Shown: positions 18,982 through 26,639, numbered from the stretch's first letter. The stretch: DNA of 64,000 nt from Candidatus Sumerlaeales bacterium (GCA_038243585.1 JBBSQY010000002.1:86857-150856); one strand, 5' to 3'. The notes: generated by a model from the letters alone, not told the origin. Program-made: numbers and translations.

Positions 18982-20475
18982 TCATATCCCCATCACTTCA
19001 TGACCTGGATTCCGTTCATTCAGCGTGAAGTTAATCGTGGATTCCTGCCCGGCGCGTCCGGTATTGGCCCGGTTGGCGGCTTGCGTCGCGTGAATATCCT
19101 CATTCGACATCCCGCCTCCCTGCAACGCACCAGCACCGAATTTTGCAACCATGTCAGCCTGTAGCTTTTTATCTTTCGTGGCATCCATCGCCGTTTTACC
19201 ATGCGCCCTTAACCAGTTGTCCACGACGGCATTTGTGGAAATAGCTGTCTGGTTCATCGGGTTGGCGCGGTCGCTGTCGGCCGGGTACCGCGCCGTTGTC
19301 TTCGCATCATGAGCCGCTACCTTGTCACGGTAGCCCGTTTCATTCGCAGCAAATCCAGCCGCTTTTTCGCGCGCTTTTGCAGCCATCTCATCCGCGCCGA
19401 ATAAGTCATAGACATTAGCCGCAAGATTCTCCGACTTGCCCATAACACTATTATTAAACGCCCCGGCTTTGTTGTCCAGGTTCTTAATGTCACCGGCTTT
19501 TTCAGACATCGAGGAAACCAGCGCCGCAGCATTTACAGCAGCGGTGCCCAGGAAGTCAGAAAACGCCTTCGCGTCTTGCCCCATCTCTGCCCAATCAATG
19601 CTTTTGATCGTGCCGAACAGGTCTTTGGCGCTGTCTGCAATGTTCTCTCCAAATGCTTTGGTAAACTCGTCAACACCCATCTTCGCGTCACCGCTGATAT
19701 ACTGCACGAAGTCCACCAATTCGCCTTTAATGACATCAAACAAGGGAGCCGTCGACGCCTGCTTCATGTTATCGAAGAATGATCCCGCCGTGCTGGATAG
19801 CCCTTCCCATGTCGACGCCATCTGCATAACCAGTTCAGGCCCCGCGCCCATTTGTTTCAGTGCAGCATTGATCAGCTCCATACCCTCGAGGCCCTGGGCT
19901 TTTAATTCTTTTATAACACTACGAGATATATCAAACCGGCTTTGTAAACTTACATAGTCCCCGCCCATAGCCTCACGGATAGAGAATGCAGCACCTTCAA
20001 GCCCCTGCGCCGGATTAAGCGCCGCCAGAACTTCCGCAGTCTTAACCAACTTCATCAGCTCTTCGCGTGAACCCTTCGCGCTGGAAATCAGCGCTTTGCC
20101 CGCTGTGATCATCTCGCCGGTGTCGAACGGCGTAACGTCAGCTTCCGTGCGAAGATCCATTACAATCTGTTTTGCAAGCGCCGCGTCCTTCGTAAACGCT
20201 GTAAACGTCGCTGTGGCCTGCTCAATCGAACTGTTGAGCGCCAACCCATCTTTCACCATGGAACCAAACGCGACACCCGTAGCAGCCGCCGCAACACCCG
20301 CAGCAACGCCCATCCCGGCCAGAACCTTCGCAGCCGGTGCAAACGCTTTCGCCACAGCCCGGCCTTCAGTCATTGCGTTATTCTTAAACCGGGTGAAACC
20401 TGTTTGCGCGCTCACTATACCCGCGCGAAATTCGGCGGCGTCTAATTTAACTTTTGCTGTGACTTCTGCGCTCAT
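18982..20475 (-). CDS. Short tail tape-measure-like protein (497 aa)
   Basis: Ala/Gly-rich and helical; N-terminal VTAKVKLDAAEF; tape-measure domain pattern IEQATATFTAF...ADVTPFDTGEM...ASTWEGLSST; GAAAGG RBS. Confidence 0.75.
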   Translation of the reverse strand: MSAEVTAKVKLDAAEFRAGIVSAQTGFTRFKNNAMTEGRAVAKAFAPAAKVLAGMGVAAGVAAAATGVAFGSMVKDGLALNSSIEQATATFTAFTKDAALAKQIVMDLRTEADVTPFDTGEMITAGKALISSAKGSREELMKLVKTAEVLAALNPAQGLEGAAFSIREAMGGDYVSLQSRFDISRSVIKELKAQGLEGMELINAALKQMGAGPELVMQMASTWEGLSSTAGSFFDNMKQASTAPLFDVIKGELVDFVQYISGDAKMGVDEFTKAFGENIADSAKDLFGTIKSIDWAEMGQDAKAFSDFLGTAAVNAAALVSSMSEKAGDIKNLDNKAGAFNNSVMGKSENLAANVYDLFGADEMAAKAREKAAGFAANETGYRDKVAAHDAKTTARYPADSDRANPMNQTAISTNAVVDNWLRAHGKTAMDATKDKKLQADMVAKFGAGALQGGGMSNEDIHATQAANRANTGRAGQESTINFTLNERNPGHEVMGI

Positions 20476-20490
20476 AACGAATTACCTTTC

Positions 20491-20531
20491 AAAATAAAAA
20501 TGCCGCCTGGGGCAGAGGGATCCCAGGCGGC
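20491..20531 (-). terminator. Intrinsic terminator immediately upstream of the tape-measure-like gene
   Basis: 10-bp stem GCCGCCTGGG/CCCAGGCGGC followed on the minus strand by ATTTTTATTTT. Confidence 0.65.
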
Positions 20532-20640
20532 GATTCGCGGGGAAACGAGCGTAAACCCGCGAAGATAAAATAAGTTGGACGACGGCTAACCCTCGCCGAT
20601 TAGCCGCCGCCCGCTCTTGACGGTTTCCCATCAAACTTTG

Positions 20641-20820
20641 TTACCGCCTGCGTACCAGGTCAGCCAATGGATCAGGCGACCTTGCATTGTCCTGGACGCG
20701 CTGGGTGTCGATATCCGTGCCCGCGCCCAACGAGGATAAACTCGAAAATCGCTGGACAGGTTCCGCCGATTCGTCATCAGCAGGTTTTGGCTCTTCTATG
20801 TCTTGGTAAAAATCTCTCAT
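20641..20820 (-). CDS. 59-aa acidic peptide (not in the ORF track)
   Basis: ATG at 20820 with a GGAAAG RBS, TAA at 20641; MRDFYQDIEEPKPADDESAEPVQRFSSLSSLGAGTDIDTQRVQDNARSPDPLADLVRRR. Confidence 0.55.
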   Translation of the reverse strand: MRDFYQDIEEPKPADDESAEPVQRFSSLSSLGAGTDIDTQRVQDNARSPDPLADLVRRR

Positions 20821-20988
20821 AATTTAATCTTTCCGAGTAGACGGACGCCTCTTCCAAGACGCCCGCCCAACCCTATTTCGGAGCTATGGACGCAACGACA
20901 ACGGCCATATTTTGACCGCCGGGCTACGCGGTTGAAGGTGTGCCCGGCGGCCTGATTCGTTCGCAGCAGGCAAGCGAATCAAACGTGA

Positions 20989-21999
20989 TTACGGAGTCTC
21001 ATCAGCGCTTATAAGGATAGAAGCCGGATAGCGGTCAGCCTCTAACGGCTGTGCCACTGTGACCGGGTTCGCCGTACAAAAGCCAATTCGCGCGACCGCT
21101 TTAATTGCGATAGAGTCAGCTTGCATGAGATTCAGCATAATGTTTCCCGCCAAATCTTGGATCACGCCATCTTTGTGAACGCTGATATGGAGTTCCTCAC
21201 GGACGCCCACCAGGTGTTTTGTGCGGTCGAACATGATCATTTCAATGTCGGACGCGTCGGGGTTCTGTGGCGGGAAAACTCCGTCGACCCCGAAGGAAAT
21301 TTCACGACCAAACAACCGGCCTTCCAGTGCCTCGCCGCTCTGAAGTTCCTCGGGAATGAAAAGCGGGCGTCCGAGCGTATCGGTTTCCGACATTAAATCG
21401 TACTCGAACCCCGGCCTAGCGATAGCGCCATTTAACTGGAAACCATCCCGGCGCGACATCTTTAGCACGTTCATAATGTCCGTGCGTAGACCACCATTAG
21501 CCGCCGCCGTGTCGATAACCGTCACGTTACCGGCGCTCATCGCACCAGCAGCAACATGAGCCGGCCAGACAATCGGCTTTTCAATTCCGAAGAAAATTGC
21601 CTTATCAATTGCCATCGCGATACTCTGGGCAATCGCCGGAATTATTTCTTCCGTGAGATTGATCCCTCCAGCCTGAATGTCAGACATCAGCCGGCGCGGA
21701 AATGGTATGATGACGGCAATGTCGGCCACGTTCATGTCAATATTGGCCCATGATACATCGCTCGTCTGGATAAGCCGGGTATCATCTTCAGGTGTGCCGG
21801 TTTGGGTTAGCCAATAAGATTTCGGCAGCGCCGTCATAACCGGGAAAGATTTGTTCTGCGTCAAAATTGGAACGTGCTTGAAGAACCGCAATGCGGCCGA
21901 CTGTTGCGTCGCCATCTTGAAAATTTTGTTGGAATGTTCGCATGGAACAAGGCCACCGGCAGAGGTTGCGTTGCGGTCTGTGATATCGTTGAAAGCCAT
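20989..21999 (-). CDS. Phage major capsid protein (HK97 fold)
   Basis: GGLVP..S.KI, IAVIIP, IA.AIDKAIFFG, DTLGRPLF, LFGREI and NLMQADSIAIKAVARIGF patterns; AAGGAG RBS. Confidence 0.88.
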   Translation of the reverse strand: MAFNDITDRNATSAGGLVPCEHSNKIFKMATQQSAALRFFKHVPILTQNKSFPVMTALPKSYWLTQTGTPEDDTRLIQTSDVSWANIDMNVADIAVIIPFPRRLMSDIQAGGINLTEEIIPAIAQSIAMAIDKAIFFGIEKPIVWPAHVAAGAMSAGNVTVIDTAAANGGLRTDIMNVLKMSRRDGFQLNGAIARPGFEYDLMSETDTLGRPLFIPEELQSGEALEGRLFGREISFGVDGVFPPQNPDASDIEMIMFDRTKHLVGVREELHISVHKDGVIQDLAGNIMLNLMQADSIAIKAVARIGFCTANPVTVAQPLEADRYPASILISADETP

Positions 22000-22090
22000 G
22001 AAAGTGGCTCCTTAATAGGGAGATCGCGGGAGGAATGGAATAGCCTATCAGTTACCTGTCAGCCATGACGTTTCAACCGCGTCGCCTTTA

Positions 22091-22609
22091 TTAACGACAG
22101 CTTGCTTCCAGGTCGCTCCCAATAATCCGATTTTGCATCATATCTGATAGTATTTCCGGCTGTGCAAATAAAGCCGTCCCGAAATCCTGTAGGCTTGCGA
22201 AAAGAGCACCCTCACGACGCCACGCACGACGCCGCATTTTCAGAATATCCATCGCCTTATTTTTCGCGGATCCGAGAAAAAACGAATTCACGCTGCCGCT
22301 AAATTCAAACCCGGCAACCGGTAACCCGGTTCGCGGATTGAGACGCCGGCATTGTTTAGGTTTTGCGCTCTCGAGTAGGTGCATCAAAATTTCATTTCGT
22401 GCGTCGTCTTGATCCTCCTGCGACAGTGAAACCTTGTACGCCCATTGCTTCGCCAGTGGTAGCAGCAGGGCCGCAACGTCAGCCAGCAGGAATTCATTCT
22501 CTGGATCCCGCCGCAGCGCCACAATAGCGGCCTCCAGGTCAATGGCCTGTTGTGCGAAATCAATCACTGCGTGATGGCTACGGGGAGCGCAAACAGCAGG
22601 CATAAGCAA
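22091..22609 (-). CDS. Sigma-70 region-2-like protein lacking region 4
   Basis: LLPLAKQWAYKV...EDQDDARNEILMHL...SVNSFFLGSAKNKAMDILKMRRR resembles ECF sigma region 2. Confidence 0.6.
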   Translation of the reverse strand: MLMPAVCAPRSHHAVIDFAQQAIDLEAAIVALRRDPENEFLLADVAALLLPLAKQWAYKVSLSQEDQDDARNEILMHLLESAKPKQCRRLNPRTGLPVAGFEFSGSVNSFFLGSAKNKAMDILKMRRRAWRREGALFASLQDFGTALFAQPEILSDMMQNRIIGSDLEASCR

Positions 22610-22684
22610 ATCCTTTCTTGTGTAAATGCTTACCCGTACCCGCCGCTTTCATGCAAGGTGAATCCGACAGTCAAGAGAAAAAAA

Positions 22685-23290
22685 TTATGCTTTCACCGGC
22701 GGGGCATCGCCCATCTTTTCAGGCATATAGTCGCTGAAGTCCATCGTATCGCCGACGCATCCAGTTTCTACCCACTCCCTGGGCGGCAAACCAACATGGA
22801 CGAACGTGATCGGGGTCTCCGTGTCATCCTTCGCCACAAGTTCCTGGTAGGCCTGAAAATCTTTGCTCAGCCGTTGGTCATAACTAATCCGGGCCTCGAG
22901 TAGCTTCCGTTTTTCCGATGTGTAAAAGCGCTTATCCGCCATTGTCTCAGCATCAGCCAGGCATTGATCAAGACGAAGGGCCTCCACATCCAGCGCCACA
23001 AGCGTGTTTTCGTGCCGATCCAGCATGAAAGCCAGCCGCGCCTTGCCACTGGATAGACTCTCAGCCAGGTTCACCGGATCGCCCTCGGCAATAGCCAGAA
23101 CAATCGCCGGTGTATGCGAATGTACCCTTGCCGTAGTCTTACCCACCGGCGGCTCATCGCCACGAACCCGCGCACGGTACCGCCGTTTACTGTCAGCCCG
23201 GCATTTCTTGCAATCGCCCGCAGCATAACGCTCTGAGGTGCCACACTTCGCGCAAATCTTGTCATTATCCATGCCAGGTATTAACGCCAT
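22685..23290 (-). CDS. Zn-finger (CxxC...CxxC) coiled-coil protein, possibly terminase small subunit-like
   Basis: CAKC...CKKC N-terminus, helical middle and a terminal beta-strand-like PITFVHVG; first gene of the structural block. The function is inferred from position only. Confidence 0.5.
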   Translation of the reverse strand: MALIPGMDNDKICAKCGTSERYAAGDCKKCRADSKRRYRARVRGDEPPVGKTTARVHSHTPAIVLAIAEGDPVNLAESLSSGKARLAFMLDRHENTLVALDVEALRLDQCLADAETMADKRFYTSEKRKLLEARISYDQRLSKDFQAYQELVAKDDTETPITFVHVGLPPREWVETGCVGDTMDFSDYMPEKMGDAPPVKA

Positions 23291-23529
23291 TCGTACCCAC
23301 CGGCCACGCTGTACCCATGATTTTCACAAAAAGCCAAAAATCTCCCGTTTCAGTGCTAGCGAGCATTGGCCTATACCAGCTACAGGGGTGCCCCGGCCTT
23401 GTAATAGTTACAACCGTTGTGTGGTGCCCTGTGGCGGCTGTGGTGGTGGTGCTACTCGGATCAGTGCCACGCGGTGCGGTGTGTTGTGTGTGTGGTGGTG
23501 CGCCGGCAGTGGTGGTTGACGTGCGTTGG

Positions 23530-23586
23530 TTTAGCAATAGGGTAAATAGGGTAAACAGGGGAACTCTCTTAAAGCGTATATGTGAC
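23530..23586. repeat. Right subterminal inverted repeat with YAGGGTAAA 9-mers
   Basis: The reverse complement GTCACATATACGCTTTAAGAGAGTTCCCCTGTTTACCCTATTTACCCTATTGCTAAA aligns with 13332..13387. Confidence 0.85.
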
Positions 23587-23724
23587 ATCACCACATACGC
23601 CCTACACCCAGTTTACACCCAGTTGTTCGTGGTGTGGTGGGTGTATCTTGCCTGTACCTTCAATGTGGTTAAAGTGGTTATCGCTTGATATAGCTGGGGA
23701 TCAGGTAGTTGGGTGATAGGGAAA

Positions 23725-23748
23725 TTGGTAGCGACGAGTGGAGTTGAA
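23725..23748. repeat. att core, copy within the intact tRNA-Met
   Basis: Identical to 13198..13221. Confidence 0.95.
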
Positions 23749-23802
23749 CCACTGACCTAAGGGTTATGAGTCCTTCGCTCTAACCACCTGAGCTACGCCG
23801 CC
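23726..23802 (-). tRNA. tRNA-Met(CAT), probably elongator (Ile2 not fully excluded)
   Basis: GGCGGCGTAGCTCAGGTGGTTAGAGCGAAGGACTCATAACCCTTAGGTCAGTGGTTCAACTCCACTCGTCGCTACCA; cloverleaf, CAT anticodon, encoded CCA. Confidence 0.93.
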
Positions 23803-23852
23803 CCGTGGTTTGAAGTACGGTTCTGCACTTCAAAACATTCTTGCAAAAAAAG

Positions 23853-23928
<76 letters not shown>

Positions 23929-24092
23929 TCATTTTGCAGCCGCACTGTTCCGGTTGCAGGCTCATTTTACCGGAGGCGTTTGGTTTTCTTCAAAGATTAG
24001 CAATATTGGTTTTTGGATTTTCAGATTTCGGCTTTTGATCCACGTCTATCAGCAAAATCCAGTTCTTATGTCATTGTTTTCCAGTATAGTAT

Positions 24093-24500
24093 TTACTTTC
24101 GACGGGTCCTTCCGGGGGAAGCTGAGGTGGAGGTTTCTGTAAGGATTGGCGAGGTTTCCAGCATTGGTACGGCGGGTGATGTTTTTGACTCGTTCTCAAA
24201 AAGCATCACCTTTTCTCCAGGTCTGTGCATTTGGAGGCGTTCCCGAATTTGTTTTTCGCTTTCCACCCCATTGAACATTAAGCTCTGCTGTTGACGCCTC
24301 AACTGTGCGATGCGTTGCTTGGTTTTGGCTATCTCTAACTGAGCCTTTTCCCGGTTCCGATGAGTCTCAGAAAACTCATGCAGGTTTTCGCGGTTTATCA
24401 CAAACCAGAGCCCTGCAGCTACAAGAGTAAATACCACTGCAAACAGAAAATAACCTCGGGATTTAGGCGGCGCGGGATTGTGCTGATACCTTTTCTGCAT
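24093..24500 (-). CDS. Septum formation initiator (FtsB/DivIC family)
   Basis: One TM helix, a coiled coil and EKQIRERLQMHRPGEK. Confidence 0.8.
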   Translation of the reverse strand: MQKRYQHNPAPPKSRGYFLFAVVFTLVAAGLWFVINRENLHEFSETHRNREKAQLEIAKTKQRIAQLRRQQQSLMFNGVESEKQIRERLQMHRPGEKVMLFENESKTSPAVPMLETSPILTETSTSASPGRTRRK

Positions 24501-24526
24501 AGAATTGATCCGTACCGACGCCTAGT

Positions 24527-25006
24527 TTATCGTTCTGCCATAAACGTGAGAAGAGCTTCGGACACCAGCGAATCGCCGACGAACGCTTTCGCAGCAGAGC
24601 GACCCACGCCTTTGCGCCGGTACTCCTGGGTGACTTCAATTCGGAGAACGTCTCCCGGCTGAACCAATTTACGAAAACGAGCCTTGTCCACACCAGCAAG
24701 AAAAACGAGTTTATCTTTATTTTCTTCCCATTGATGCACCATGACGGCTCCTGTCTGAGCCATGGCCTCAACAATGAGAACCCCCGGCATAACCGGTTTA
24801 TCGGGGAAGTGCCCCTGGAAAAACCATTCGTTCATGGTAACACATTTAATACCGGTGACTTTCGTTTCGGAAGACTCAATGATACGGTCAATCAAAAGAA
24901 AAGGATACCGGTGAGGAAGAATCTTAAGAATTTGTTCAATCGAAAAGACTTCGCCGGTGGTTGTCGGCAAAGAAGCTAAGTTTTCTGTGTTTAGGCTGTC
25001 ACTCAT
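24527..25006 (-). CDS. fabZ: 3-hydroxyacyl-ACP dehydratase
   Basis: LPHRYPFLLIDR, FFQGHFP and MPGVLIVEAMAQ motifs. Confidence 0.97.
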   Translation of the reverse strand: MSDSLNTENLASLPTTTGEVFSIEQILKILPHRYPFLLIDRIIESSETKVTGIKCVTMNEWFFQGHFPDKPVMPGVLIVEAMAQTGAVMVHQWEENKDKLVFLAGVDKARFRKLVQPGDVLRIEVTQEYRRKGVGRSAAKAFVGDSLVSEALLTFMAER

Positions 25007-25884
25007 AAATCAAGTTCCTTTTGTAGGTGTTTTCCGAAGGCCGCATTAACGGCATGGCCGGCCCTCCAGGCTAAAAAATGCCCTTGTAGTGGTGCTCCAA
25101 GAAGCGCCATATCGCCAATGAAATCAAGAATTTTGTGGCGCACAGGCTCATCCGGAAACCTGAGGCTTTCGTTTAAAATGCTCTTCCGCCCTATTACGAC
25201 AGCGGAAGCTAGGTTAGCACCCTTGATCAAACCGGCCTTCCGCATGGCTTCTATTTCTTCAAAAAAGCAAAAGGTCCGCGCGGGAGCTATTTCTTTAAAA
25301 TAACTTTCCGGTGTTACGACCACAGAGTAGGCCTGATTACGCAGAGCAGGGTGATCAGAAGTGTAGAAAAAAGACACACGAAATTCGTGGGACGGCACTG
25401 CTGAAATTTCCGCACCAGCATGGATAAATGCCAGAGGCTTTTTTATGACAATGGGTGGAGCGGGAAGTTCAGTGGCGATAGTGCCTGCGCTTTTAATCAT
25501 TGCTGCGTATTGCAGGCTGCTTCCATCAAGAAAGGGTGGTTCGGCGGCGTCGAGGCGTACATCTACATCATCGACTTGCAGGGCTGCCAAAGCACTTAAG
25601 ACGTGCTCAATAGTGTAAACTACCGCATCGCCAGCTCGAAGAGTAGTGCGGCGGTCCAACTCTTTATCGACGAGGGTATTATAGCTTGCCCGGATGACAG
25701 GTTGAGTTGGAAGATCTATACGAACAAAACGTATGCCGGAACCAGGAGGGGCAGGGGACAGGGTTATATTAGATACGATACCGGAATGAACTCCGCGACC
25801 AGATATGCTCGCTTCGGAGGCCAAGGTGTTTCTGGTTCTGGGAACAGGAGAAGCCATTAAAGGTTCAACGATGGCCGATTCCAC
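25003..25884 (-). CDS. lpxC: UDP-3-O-acyl-GlcNAc deacetylase
   Basis: TIEHVLSAL, EIAPARTF and EPVRHKILDFIGD motifs. Confidence 0.96.
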   Translation of the reverse strand: MESAIVEPLMASPVPRTRNTLASEASISGRGVHSGIVSNITLSPAPPGSGIRFVRIDLPTQPVIRASYNTLVDKELDRRTTLRAGDAVVYTIEHVLSALAALQVDDVDVRLDAAEPPFLDGSSLQYAAMIKSAGTIATELPAPPIVIKKPLAFIHAGAEISAVPSHEFRVSFFYTSDHPALRNQAYSVVVTPESYFKEIAPARTFCFFEEIEAMRKAGLIKGANLASAVVIGRKSILNESLRFPDEPVRHKILDFIGDMALLGAPLQGHFLAWRAGHAVNAAFGKHLQKELDL

Positions 25885-25889
25885 AATAG

Positions 25890-26639
25890 TTAGTCCTGTT
25901 GACGGTCAACGGGCCGCTTGGCCATGGGGATTTTTGCGTTGCCGGACGTGGATTTACCGGAATCGCTGCCGGTTGGCGCATCACTCTTAGCCGAAGGGCT
26001 GGATCCCGATTTAACCTTGGATTCCGTCTCTCTGGATGAGCCGGTGGACTCTTCGTCGTCATCGTTTTCAGAACTGGACGAATCGGTGGACGAAGAGGAC
26101 GTTTTAGATTTTGATGCCGTACCGGACATGTACGTCTGACTATTAAGCATTTTAATAACATCATTAGTAATATCAGAGCTATCGGTGCCATAAATTACGG
26201 CTTCGCCGCGGACTACAAGGTCGATTTTTTTCTCTCGAGCTACATCCTGAATAGCCAGAACGATTGTTTTGATCATTGGCTCAAAAAGCGTGGTGTCCAG
26301 TTTTTGAAGTTCGCGACGACCTTCGTACTCCAGATCAACCAGCTTTTTATCAAGCCCGGCCGCTTCGTCCCGCTTCTTTTTTAACTCAGAGTCTGCAAGG
26401 ACTCCTTCGCCTTTTTTGATCTCGCTACGGATTTCCACCAGGCGGGCTCGCTTGGATTCTATCTCTTTTTGAATGTCTTCAACTCGCCCTTTGACGCTTC
26501 CCATGGCGGTGTTGATCTTTTCAGACTTCTCGGTTACACGGTCTATGTCGACATACGCAACGCTGGTTGTTTGCGCGACGGCGCCTGCGCAGAGTGCCCA
26601 TGCGAAGGCCGCTGTTGTACAAGTAAGTTTCAGATTCAT
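25890..26639 (-). CDS. skp: OmpH/Skp chaperone with a Ser-rich C-terminal tail
   Basis: VAYVD start, coiled coil and DITNDVIKMLN; downstream of bamA. Confidence 0.88.
   Translation of the reverse strand: MNLKLTCTTAAFAWALCAGAVAQTTSVAYVDIDRVTEKSEKINTAMGSVKGRVEDIQKEIESKRARLVEIRSEIKKGEGVLADSELKKKRDEAAGLDKKLVDLEYEGRRELQKLDTTLFEPMIKTIVLAIQDVAREKKIDLVVRGEAVIYGTDSSDITNDVIKMLNSQTYMSGTASKSKTSSSSTDSSSSENDDDEESTGSSRETESKVKSGSSPSAKSDAPTGSDSGKSTSGNAKIPMAKRPVDRQQD

Larger units (their letters stand above)
13198..23748 (-). mobile_element. Integrated phage-satellite-like element (~10.5 kb) in tRNA-Met
   Basis: Flanked by a perfect 24-bp direct repeat equal to the tRNA 3' end. Encodes an integrase, a primase-DUF3987 fusion, a capsid protein and a tape-measure-like protein, all on the minus strand. 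Confidence 0.92.

Noticed and set aside
23265..23594. 109-aa minus ORF and overlapping 123-aa plus ORF
   Set aside because: Thr/His- or Val/Cys-rich translations arise from a G/T-skewed tract and the iteron array; probably non-coding.
13198..23748. Complete prophage, gene transfer agent or encapsulin locus
   Set aside because: It is too small and lacks portal, TerL, tail and lysis genes. The integrase, primase and att sites point to a satellite rather than a GTA or encapsulin.
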